NCBI GenBank assembly: GCA_033762295.1
Contig: JANRLW010000086.1
Location: forward strand, 1-16,325
From: Capsulimonadales bacterium
GTDB lineage: Bacteria > Armatimonadota > Armatimonadia > Armatimonadales > Armatimonadaceae
Length of the DNA stretch: 16,325 bases
Direction: 5' to 3'
A model generated the notes under the pieces. That model had not been told where the DNA came from, did no database searches, and saw only the letters and a program-made list of their open reading frames with translations. The position numbers and the translations under genes were made by a program. Below are positions 8,998 to 16,325 of this stretch, piece after piece (within the stretch, counting starts at the first letter, position 1; every line of letters starts with the position of its first letter).

Positions 8998-9036
8998 ATA
9001 AAGAAAAGGCTTTCGACCGAAGCCGAAAGCCTTTTC
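8998..9036 (-). terminator. Rho-independent terminator of the SLH porin gene
   Basis: Minus-strand RNA forms GAAAAGGCUUUCGGC-UUCG-GUCGAAAGCCUUUUC followed by UUUAU: a long stem with a C(UUCG)G tetraloop, starting 15 nt after the stop codon. Confidence 0.88.
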
Positions 9037-9051
9037 GGAGGCGAGGATCGC

Positions 9052-11190
9052 TTAGAACCGGACGGTGAAGGTGGAGGTAAGCACGCCACCGTTTCCGTTG
9101 ATGGTATCGAAGCCGGAATCCTTGTCATCGTAATTGATGATCTGGTAGACCACCTTGAAGCCGGTCTGCGGCGTCAGGAGGTAGCCGAAGCCGAGGTTGT
9201 AGAAGATCTCGTTCGGCTTGACGCGGCCGGTCAGGTCACCGCGCAGGATGTCGTAGGCGGTCCAGTCCACGCCGAAGTCGACGCTGTTGGACTGGCTGAA
9301 GCCGTACCGCAGTCCGACGCGGTAGTTGGTGATCTTGTCATCGTCGGAGAGACCGCCGTTGTTGACGGCGTCTCCGGTGCCCTCATAGAAGTGGGCGCCG
9401 GCGACCGCGGAGACGAACTTGCTCAGTCGGTAGTTCAGGGTTCCGTAGACACCCTTAACGTCGACCGGGTTGGTCAGCGAACCGACGCGGCCCCAGTAGC
9501 CGGGAGCGGCGAAGTACGGAGCGATTTCGCGGTAACCGACGTTGGCGGTGAGGGCGGACTGGTTGCCCAGCTTGATACCCGCATCCCAGGCGTCGTTATC
9601 TTCGGTCAGTTTGCGTCGGGTTTCGCCGTCGACCACGCCGTTGACCACGCGGTTGCCGCCGGTATCGGACTTGGTATAGGAGGCATAAACACCGATCGAG
9701 CCAAAGTAGCCCTCGAAGTCACCGCCGTAGACGGCGACGCGGTCGAAGGACAGGTTATCCGAGAGGTCGCCGCCGTTGGGGTCGACGTTCTCCGGGCGGA
9801 CGGTCGGGCTACCGGACATGTAGATGTAGGTACCGCCGAGGGTTCCGATTCCCTTGCGGGAGATGGCGACGCGGGCACCGGCCATCTGTTCGACGGACAT
9901 CGCGCCGTTGGACGCCGGGTTGATCAGCGAGCCGACCGGTCGGTTCCCGGTGCTGACGTTGCGGCCGTACGGATCGACGATCGTCCGGGACTGGGCGCGG
10001 AGCGGACCGCCGTACGCGCCGCGACCGGCGCCGGCGAACAGACCGTAGTTGCCATCGGTCGGGAAGGCGCCCGAGGCGTTGGACAGGAAGCGGATCGGAT
10101 CGACCTTGACGGCGAACGCGGTCACACCGAACGGACCGACGTTGAGGTTCCCCTTGATACCATCGAGCGGGATGTTACCGTTATCGGTCTTGGCGTTGTC
10201 GAAGTAGTAATCGACATCGATCAGCTTCAGGGTGTACGGGGTCAGCTGGAACGGAACGCGTCCGGCCTGGAAGGAGACGTTGCCAAGAACCGGAACTCGG
10301 GTCTGGGCGTCGATCATCGCCTTGTAGACGGTCTGGATCTGATCCTGATTGACTTTCTGGCCGGTGTAAACGCCGTTCGGGGACGGGCCACGATCGGAGC
10401 GGACGCCGGAGAAGGAGCCGATGGAGTTCAGGAACGAGAGGTAGTTACCGAAGTTGATGCTGGAATCGAAGACCGCCTTGTCGGAGACCTGAGCGCGGAT
10501 GTTGAGGTCGAGGTCATGGAAGACGCGGGTATCGGCGAGGAAGCCGCCGCGGCTGCCGAATCCGCCGGTCACCTGGAAGCCGTTGGCATCACGAACGCTG
10601 ACCGCCTGGGTTCCCGCACCGAGGGCCGGGTTGATGTCGGTCTTGAAGCGGTTGTTGCTGCGGCTGTAGACATTGAAGTCGCCGGTGACGCGAACCATCT
10701 TCTTGAGTTCGTCCTCGATCTTGGCGACGCGTCCTTCGAGGGTATCGAGGCGCTTCTTCACCGCGTCGAGATCGACGCCGAGGGTGGTCAGTTCGGTCTG
10801 GAACTCGGAGACGAGTCGGCGCAGAGTATCGACATCGGCCTTGGTCGCGAAACCGGCGAGGTCGGACTTCAGCGCGTAGTTGCCGAGCTGGTTCTGCAGA
10901 TCGCCCTTGGTCACATAGTTGGAGAGGTCGACCTGCTGCGCGGTGCCGACGGTGTCGAGAAGACGGGCAATGGCGATGGCGAATTCGTAGCGGGTCATGG
11001 ACCGCTTGCCGCCGTAGGTCTGATCGGGATAACCGATGACGATACCGCGCTTTTGCAGTTTATCGACCGAAGCGTAGGCCCAGTGGTCGGTCGGGACGTC
11101 CGCGAACGGCCCTCCCTGGGCGAAGACGGGTGCGGCAGCCATGGTCATCGAGAGGGCTGCGGCGCTCGCGAGAAGCGAGGACTTTTTCAT
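9052..11190 (-). CDS. S-layer homology (SLH) domain outer-membrane protein, OmpM/SlpA-like (signal peptide, SLH, coiled coil, beta-barrel)
   Basis: AAGGAGG RBS before ATG 11190; signal peptide ending ..APVFA. SLH domain FADVPTDHWAYASV...GIVIGYPD...TRYEFA, coiled coil (LRRLVSEFQTELTTLGVDLDAVKKRLDTLEGRV), amphipathic beta strands and terminal Phe (TFTVRF). Confidence 0.9.
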   Translation of the reverse strand: MKKSSLLASAAALSMTMAAAPVFAQGGPFADVPTDHWAYASVDKLQKRGIVIGYPDQTYGGKRSMTRYEFAIAIARLLDTVGTAQQVDLSNYVTKGDLQNQLGNYALKSDLAGFATKADVDTLRRLVSEFQTELTTLGVDLDAVKKRLDTLEGRVAKIEDELKKMVRVTGDFNVYSRSNNRFKTDINPALGAGTQAVSVRDANGFQVTGGFGSRGGFLADTRVFHDLDLNIRAQVSDKAVFDSSINFGNYLSFLNSIGSFSGVRSDRGPSPNGVYTGQKVNQDQIQTVYKAMIDAQTRVPVLGNVSFQAGRVPFQLTPYTLKLIDVDYYFDNAKTDNGNIPLDGIKGNLNVGPFGVTAFAVKVDPIRFLSNASGAFPTDGNYGLFAGAGRGAYGGPLRAQSRTIVDPYGRNVSTGNRPVGSLINPASNGAMSVEQMAGARVAISRKGIGTLGGTYIYMSGSPTVRPENVDPNGGDLSDNLSFDRVAVYGGDFEGYFGSIGVYASYTKSDTGGNRVVNGVVDGETRRKLTEDNDAWDAGIKLGNQSALTANVGYREIAPYFAAPGYWGRVGSLTNPVDVKGVYGTLNYRLSKFVSAVAGAHFYEGTGDAVNNGGLSDDDKITNYRVGLRYGFSQSNSVDFGVDWTAYDILRGDLTGRVKPNEIFYNLGFGYLLTPQTGFKVVYQIINYDDKDSGFDTINGNGGVLTSTFTVRF

Positions 11191-11204
11191 AAGCCTGGAT
11201 TTCC

Positions 11205-11410
11205 TCCTTGTTTCGAGGCGACCGCACGGTTTCACGTATCGCCCGAAACGGAACTACCTGCGATTTCCTCCCATCCGCACCGCCCTCATGGCAGCGTCGC
11301 AGGCCGAAACCGTCGCCGGAAGCGGTGGTCGGGCAGAGTATCCCTGTTCCCTCTGACCTGCCCCCTCTTCCTCCGGCAGTTTCCGCGCCGTTCCGTCCGC
11401 CTTTCGGACA
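11205..11410 (-). ncRNA. Putative highly structured 5' leader (cis-regulatory RNA candidate) of the SLH porin gene
   Basis: Nested complementary segments 11248-54/11390-96, 11257-63/11297-303, 11306-20/11372-83, 11331-36/11358-63, plus hairpins 11211-48 and 11395-409. I recognise no riboswitch consensus. Confidence 0.45.
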
Positions 11411-11414
11411 AGTA

Positions 11415-11443
11415 AACGTATGTCGGGATTGTGAAGAGTGGAA
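11415..11443 (-). promoter_or_regulatory. Candidate promoter for the SLH porin gene
   Basis: Minus strand TTCCAC-N17-TACGTT. The implied start (~11409) coincides with the first hairpin of the structured leader. Confidence 0.35.
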
Positions 11444-11650
11444 AAAGGCTGCGGAGCACGACACCACCCCTTCTTCCGCGAATTGAGACGGGTAGTGAAA
11501 TGGCAAGGTTTCAGAAAACTTCGGAATTTAGCAAAAAAGTCCGTAAATCCGGGGATAAAAAATTAAAAAAATGCGTACGGATCGGAACGAAAACGTGAAA
11601 CGTTTGTTTTTGTAGAGGAACGAATAGATTTCCGTTACCGAAAACCCTCC

Positions 11651-11691
11651 GAGACGACGATCGCTTCCGTCGCGCGAATCGACGGCGTCTC
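11651..11691 (-). terminator. Possible terminator hairpin after the 113-aa gene
   Basis: Outer stem GAGACG...CGTCTC with inner CCGTCG/CGACGG, followed on the minus strand by GGAGGGTTTT. Confidence 0.35.
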
Positions 11692-12031
11692 AGCGGGTGT
11701 AGGGGAAAACAAAACGGGCTTCGCCCGTGAACAGGAAGTTCCGACGGGCGGCGAAATGGGCGTCCCGGCCGAAGAATGCCTGCAACCAGTAGTTGACGAC
11801 CTCCACGTCGAGCGTCCCACCATCCGCGTCGAGAATGGCGAGTTCGTAGGCCCAGGTATTGGTGCGTTCGTCCGCATCCAGAGTTAACTCCAGGATGACG
11901 TTGCCGACCCGCCGCCGGTAACGCTCGCGATCCATCCGTCCGAACGGGGATACCCGCGCCAGCGTCAGCGGTTCGTTGCGCGCCAGCGTCCACATCTCTT
12001 CCACGATCCGTCGATCCGCCATCTCAGGCAT
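11690..12031 (-). CDS. Hypothetical protein (113 aa)
   Basis: GAGGAG RBS 8 nt before the ATG. Globular alpha/beta composition, and it fills an otherwise empty gap. No family recognised. Confidence 0.75.
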   Translation of the reverse strand: MPEMADRRIVEEMWTLARNEPLTLARVSPFGRMDRERYRRRVGNVILELTLDADERTNTWAYELAILDADGGTLDVEVVNYWLQAFFGRDAHFAARRNFLFTGEARFVFPYTR

Positions 12032-12055
12032 AGAGCATTCTCCTCACAGGCAACG

Positions 12056-12077
12056 CCTGACACAATCCTGATACAAT
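12056..12077 (+). promoter_or_regulatory. 11-bp tandem direct repeat (Pho-box-like periodicity) overlapping an extended -10 element
   Basis: CCTGACACAAT (12056-66) then CCTGATACAAT (12067-77). The second copy contains TGnTACAAT, 8 nt before the phosphatase ATG. Confidence 0.6.
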
Positions 12078-12085
12078 CGAAACGT

Positions 12086-13660
12086 ATGTTATCTCGTCGC
12101 CTGTTCCCAATCACGGTTTTCGTTTTCGCCGCGCTCCCGCTCCTGACCGGCTGCTCGGCGACCACTCCGTCGTTCAACACACCGCCGCTGAACGCCCCGG
12201 CCCTCGCCCCGCGGGCGAACAGCCGCACCAGCAAAGGCGCGGAGGCGGCCCGGCGTAGCGCGGAGACGAAACTGCCCGCTCCGGAGAACGTCACGCCTCC
12301 GAAGGGATTGTTTACCGTCGAACCCTACCTTCAATGGGGGAACGGCGACCGGACCAACGCGGAGAGCGTCACCCTCTGCTGGCAGACCCCCGACGAAGCG
12401 AGCGGAGTGAAGACGGACCGCTTCGTTTCGGAGATACGGGTGGGTGCGAACGGATCGTGGCAGAAAAGCGAGGCCGCGCCGGTCGTCCTGCCGCTGGAAA
12501 TTCCGAACGAAGCGCCGCAAACGATCTGGAAGTCGACCCTCGGCGGTCTGACGGCGGGAAGCCTGTTCGACTACCGCCTGCTGCAGGACGGCAAGCCGGT
12601 CTTTGCCGGGCGGGCGCGGGCGCGGCGCGGGGCGAACGAACCCTATCGTTTCGCGGTGTTCGGTGACTGCGCGGCAGGCACGATCGGCCAGAAACGGATC
12701 GCCTTTCAGACGTTTCGGGCCGAGCCGGATTTCGTGTTTATCACCGGCGATATCGTCTACGATCGGGGAAGGGCGTCGGAATACCGGGAGAAATTCTTCC
12801 CGGTGTACAACGCCGAAAAGGCGGACCCGGCGGTCGGCGCACCGTTGCTGCGTTCGACGATGCTGCTGGCGGTGATCGGGAACCATGACGCCGACTACGG
12901 CAACCTGGGCAAGTGGCCGGACGGGCTGGCCTACTTCTACTACTGGAACCCCCCGCTGAATGGGCCGACGCTCGCGGCGGACGGGCGGAACGCGCCGAAG
13001 ACGTCCGGCAGCGCGGCGGCGGAAAAAGCCCTGGCGGCGGCGGGCGGAGAGAACTATCCGCGGTCGGCCAGCTACTCGTTCGATTACGGCAACTCCCACT
13101 GGACCGTGCTGGACTCCAACTACTACGTCGACTGGAACAACCAGGAGATGCGGGCCTGGCTGGAAAAGGACCTGGCGAACGCGCAGAAGGCGACCTGGCG
13201 GTTCGTCGCGTTTCACATTCCTCCGTTCCATTCATCGCGAGAGCATCGCAACGAGCAGTGGATGCGTTCGCTCTGTCCCCTGTTTGAAAAATATAAGGTC
13301 GATGTCGTCTGGACAGGGCATGTCCACAACTATCAACGGTCGTACCCGATGACCTTCGTTCCGACCGGTGAGCCGGACCGGGAGGGTCGGGTCGAGGGCA
13401 CATGGACGCTCGATCAGGAGTTCGACGGCGATAAAAACACCAGGCCCGCCGCGCCGATCTATGTGGTGACCGGCGGCGGCGGCGCGCCGCTTTACAATCC
13501 GGATATCCAGCAAAAGCCGTCGGACTGGCAGCCGTTTACGAAAAAGTACGTCGCGGACACGCACTCGCTGACCGTCGTCGACGTCGACGGAACCAAGCTG
13601 TCCGTCCGTCAGATTTCGGAAAAAGGCAAGGAACTGGACAGATTCGTCCTGACGAAATAA
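12086..13660 (+). CDS. Metallophosphoesterase, purple acid phosphatase family; predicted Tat-exported lipoprotein
   Basis: SRRLF twin-arginine-like motif and LLTGC lipobox; FN3-like N-terminal domain (PYLQ...W.T...Y); metal motifs FGD, GDIVYD, GNHD, FH.P and GHVHNYQR. Confidence 0.92.
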   Translation: MLSRRLFPITVFVFAALPLLTGCSATTPSFNTPPLNAPALAPRANSRTSKGAEAARRSAETKLPAPENVTPPKGLFTVEPYLQWGNGDRTNAESVTLCWQTPDEASGVKTDRFVSEIRVGANGSWQKSEAAPVVLPLEIPNEAPQTIWKSTLGGLTAGSLFDYRLLQDGKPVFAGRARARRGANEPYRFAVFGDCAAGTIGQKRIAFQTFRAEPDFVFITGDIVYDRGRASEYREKFFPVYNAEKADPAVGAPLLRSTMLLAVIGNHDADYGNLGKWPDGLAYFYYWNPPLNGPTLAADGRNAPKTSGSAAAEKALAAAGGENYPRSASYSFDYGNSHWTVLDSNYYVDWNNQEMRAWLEKDLANAQKATWRFVAFHIPPFHSSREHRNEQWMRSLCPLFEKYKVDVVWTGHVHNYQRSYPMTFVPTGEPDREGRVEGTWTLDQEFDGDKNTRPAAPIYVVTGGGGAPLYNPDIQQKPSDWQPFTKKYVADTHSLTVVDVDGTKLSVRQISEKGKELDRFVLTK

Positions 13661-13741
13661 CGTCACGGATCCCGTCCGGATTCCGGGGTGGTGAGGGTAC
13701 TATACGTCGGAAATGTGGATTCATTCTCTAGGAGTACCTGC

Positions 13742-14794
13742 ATGCGAAGTTTGCTAACCCGCCGTACGCTGCTCCGTGCGGCGTTGATTATTCCGGCGTC
13801 CCTGTCCCTTCCCGGCGTCGGTCGGGCGTTCTCCGGACGACCTCAGCCACCGGACACCGGCAAGGGACCGTTTACGCTCCCTCCGCTTCCCTACAAGTTC
13901 AATGAACTGGAACCGCATATCGACGCCGAAACGATGGAACTGCATCACGACAAGCACCATGCGGCCTACGTCAAGAACCTGAACGAGGCGATCGGCAAGG
14001 CGCCCGAACTGGCGACGAAGTCCCCCGAAGAGTTGATCAAGATGCTCGACATGGTGCCGGAAGCGATCCGGACGACCGTGCGAAACAACGCGGGCGGGCA
14101 CGTCAACCACACGATGTTCTGGTCAATCATGAAGCCGGGCGGCGGCGGTGACCCGACCGGTCCGATCGCCGAGGCGATCAAGGCCGCGTTCCCGTCGTTC
14201 GAAGAGTTCAAGAATCAGTTCAACGACGCGGGCGCGAAGCGGTTCGGTTCCGGATGGGTCTGGCTGGTGAAGGGCAAGGACGGCAAACTCGCGATCCTCT
14301 CCACGCCGAACCAGGACAACCCGTTGATGGCGGAATACGGCGCATACCCGATTCTGGGGAACGATGTCTGGGAGCATGCCTACTACCTGAAGTACCGTAA
14401 CCGCCGCGCGGACTACCTGAAAGCCTGGTGGAACACGGTCAACTGGGACGAGATCAACAAGCGGTTCACCGCCGCGCCCGCCCCGGCCGGTCCGACGGCG
14501 GATGTCAGCGGCGCCTGGGTCATCACCGGGGACGTCGCCGGAAACCCGGTCAACGCGACCGTGACCTTCAAGCAGGACGGCGAGAAACTGACCGGGAAAA
14601 TCTCCTCCCCGGCGGGCGACGCCGACCTGACCGGTACGGTAGCCGGCAATGTCGCCACCTGGAAGTTCCTGCTGAACTACAACGGCGAGAACCTTTCGAT
14701 CGTCTTCCGGGGGACCGTGGCTGCGGACAACACCATGGCCGGGACCATCGACGCGACCATCGCCACCGGCGCGTTCACCGGCAAGAAAAAGTAA
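13742..14794 (+). CDS. sodA: Mn/Fe superoxide dismutase (Mn-type signature) with Tat signal and extra C-terminal beta domain
   Basis: AGGAG RBS before ATG 13742; LTRRTLL signal. Motifs [33 protein letters not shown] and [11 protein letters not shown] plus NQD indicate the Mn type. An APAPAGP linker leads to a ~97-aa extra domain. Confidence 0.93.
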   Translation: MRSLLTRRTLLRAALIIPASLSLPGVGRAFSGRPQPPDTGKGPFTLPPLPYKFNELEPHIDAETMELHHDKHHAAYVKNLNEAIGKAPELATKSPEELIKMLDMVPEAIRTTVRNNAGGHVNHTMFWSIMKPGGGGDPTGPIAEAIKAAFPSFEEFKNQFNDAGAKRFGSGWVWLVKGKDGKLAILSTPNQDNPLMAEYGAYPILGNDVWEHAYYLKYRNRRADYLKAWWNTVNWDEINKRFTAAPAPAGPTADVSGAWVITGDVAGNPVNATVTFKQDGEKLTGKISSPAGDADLTGTVAGNVATWKFLLNYNGENLSIVFRGTVAADNTMAGTIDATIATGAFTGKKK

Positions 14795-14805
14795 GTCGCC
14801 GCATC

Positions 14806-14842
14806 CCTGCCCCCTCTTCCGTAGAAAAGGAGAGGGGGCAGG
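14806..14842 (+). terminator. Hairpin downstream of sod (terminator or REP-like palindrome)
   Basis: Perfect 12-bp stem CCTGCCCCCTCT (14806-17) / AGAGGGGGCAGG (14831-42). No U-tract. Confidence 0.55.
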
Positions 14843-15011
14843 CGGTGGATCACTCTCCCATCTCTCGTGAACGTCTGGTAATCAGCGGTCTCGGCAGCGA
14901 ACGCCTTTGCGAATTGCCCGCTGCCGGGAATATGCCGGACCGACCGCAGGAAATTTCGGCACGGCAACCGAAATAGCGGTCGAAATCTCCACACTTTCCC
15001 GGAGGATACCG

Positions 15012-15809
15012 ATGAATCCGTTCCGCAGACCGTCCGTCATCCTGGCGGCGCTTGCCGTCGTCCCATTGCCGCTCGCCACTCTCGCCGTCTTTGCCTTCCC
15101 GGCGAACGAACGGCAGGAGGCGTTCCCCAGGCAGGAGCCGAAGGACGATAACCGACCGCCGCATCCGATCCCGACGATACCGGGCGTCGTCGTGCTTTTC
15201 TCCGGAAAACCGGAGGAGGTCGCCGCCAACTGGCGCAAAAACAAAAGCGAACAGGATGCCGCCTGGACGGTAGAGAACGGCGCGATGGTCGCCCGCGGCG
15301 GGGATATCGTCAGCAAGCGGGAGTTTTCCGATTTCCAGCTTCACGTCGAGTTCAAACTGCCGTACGAACCGAACGCGACCGGGCAGGGCCGTGGCAACAG
15401 CGGGGTCGGCCTGCAGAGCCGGTATGAGATTCAGGTGTTGAACTCGTTCGGCTGGGCGCGTCCGGGCAAAGGCGACGGCGGGGCGCTCTACAATCAGGCC
15501 GCTCCGCTGGTGAACGCCGCTCTGCCTCCGCGTCAGTGGCAGACCTATGACATCGTCTTCCGTGCGCCGAAATTCGATGCCGAAGGGAAACAGCTTCTGC
15601 AAAAGGCGCGGGTGACCGTCTATCAGAACGGCGTCTGCATTCACAACAATCAGGAGATCGACGGACCGACCGGTATCGGAAGTGACCGTCCGATCGATAA
15701 GCCGGGACCGATCTTCCTCCAGGACCACGGACACCCGGTGCATTACCGCAATATCTGGGTTTTGCCGCTTCCGGATAAAGGCTCCGAAAAGTACGAATCG
15801 ACGCAGTGA
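15012..15809 (+). CDS. DUF1080 / 3-keto-disaccharide hydrolase family secreted protein
   Basis: GGAGG RBS before ATG 15012; signal peptide. Motifs LFSGK, W.VENG, FSDFQLHVEF, GNSGV, YEIQVL, W(Q)TYDI.F and GPIFLQDHG.PV.YRNIW. Confidence 0.92.
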   Translation: MNPFRRPSVILAALAVVPLPLATLAVFAFPANERQEAFPRQEPKDDNRPPHPIPTIPGVVVLFSGKPEEVAANWRKNKSEQDAAWTVENGAMVARGGDIVSKREFSDFQLHVEFKLPYEPNATGQGRGNSGVGLQSRYEIQVLNSFGWARPGKGDGGALYNQAAPLVNAALPPRQWQTYDIVFRAPKFDAEGKQLLQKARVTVYQNGVCIHNNQEIDGPTGIGSDRPIDKPGPIFLQDHGHPVHYRNIWVLPLPDKGSEKYESTQ

Positions 15810-15818
15810 ATACGCATA

Positions 15819-15841
15819 AGGGGCCGTGTCCGGCGGCCCCT
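15819..15841. terminator. Short hairpin between convergent genes
   Basis: AGGGGCCG (15819-26) / CGGCCCCT (15834-41). Confidence 0.45.
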
Positions 15842-16325
15842 CAGGCGATCAGTTCCCGGATGACGTTGCCATGCACGTCGGTCAGGCGCATATCGCGTCC
15901 GCCGAATCGGAGGGTCAGGCGTTTGTGATCGATGCCGAGCAGGTGCAGAATGGTGGCGTGGAGATCGTACATCTCCATCTTGCCCTCGACGGCGTAGTAT
16001 CCGAACTCGTCGGTCGCCCCGTGAACATGCCCCGGTTTCGCGCCGCCACCGGCCATCCACACGGTGAATCCGAACGGGTTATGGTCGCGTCCGTCGCTGC
16101 CCTGGGCCATCGGGGTACGTCCGAACTCGCCGCCCCAGACCACCAGGGTAGTGTCGAGGAGTCCGCGTGATTTCAGGTCCCTGAGCAGACCGGCGATCGG
16201 CTGATCGACGGCGCGGGCGTTTCGTTCGTGTCCGTTCTTCAGGTCGCTGTGCTGATCCCAGCGGTCGCCGCCGGTCGGGGTGCAGGTGATCTCGACAAAG
16301 CGAACCCCTCGTTCCACCAGGCGAC
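15841..16325 (-). CDS. DUF1501 domain protein, C-terminal part (5' end beyond the window)
   Basis: Motifs [66 protein letters not shown] and RLTDVHG. The frame stays open to the window edge. Confidence 0.93.
   Translation of the reverse strand, partial: RLVERGVRFVEITCTPTGGDRWDQHSDLKNGHERNARAVDQPIAGLLRDLKSRGLLDTTLVVWGGEFGRTPMAQGSDGRDHNPFGFTVWMAGGGAKPGHVHGATDEFGYYAVEGKMEMYDLHATILHLLGIDHKRLTLRFGGRDMRLTDVHGNVIRELIA

Noticed and set aside
11205..11410. Assignment of the leader to a known riboswitch (cobalamin, c-di-GMP, c-di-AMP)
   Set aside because: The conserved core motifs of these classes were not found; kept only as an unclassified structured RNA.
8758..11415. 885-aa plus-strand ORF
   Set aside because: Antisense in-register shadow of the strongly codon-biased SLH porin; no domain motifs or RBS.
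3809..11597. Shared 10-mer CGAAAACGTG at 3809-3818 and 11588-11597
   Set aside because: A single 10-bp match within 16 kb is expected by chance.

Overview
GC-rich bacterial chromosomal window, most likely Armatimonadota or a related diderm Terrabacteria lineage. This is an inference from the SLH/coiled-coil/beta-barrel envelope protein, the insert-less DnaK and the overall gene mix. Left, on the minus strand: an hspR-like MerR regulator, rpoZ with a long acidic tail, dnaK and dnaJ (truncated at the window edge and missing from the ORF track), with no grpE or hrcA visible. Next are a membrane-anchored solute-binding-fold protein paired with a 2-TM helical protein, a divergent carbohydrate-binding-domain protein, an aldo/keto reductase, a polytopic (possibly GT-C-like) membrane protein, and an OmpM/SlpA-like SLH porin preceded by a ~220-nt extensively base-paired leader. 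Right: a small hypothetical protein, a Tat-lipoprotein purple-acid-type phosphatase with an 11-bp-period direct repeat over its promoter, a Tat-exported Mn-type SOD fused to an extra ~97-aa beta domain, a DUF1080 protein and the 3' end of a DUF1501 gene. No rRNA, tRNA, CRISPR array or mobile element was seen. The best leads are the hspR-rpoZ-dnaK-dnaJ arrangement with a non-canonical HspR recognition helix, the structured porin leader RNA and the SOD fusion.
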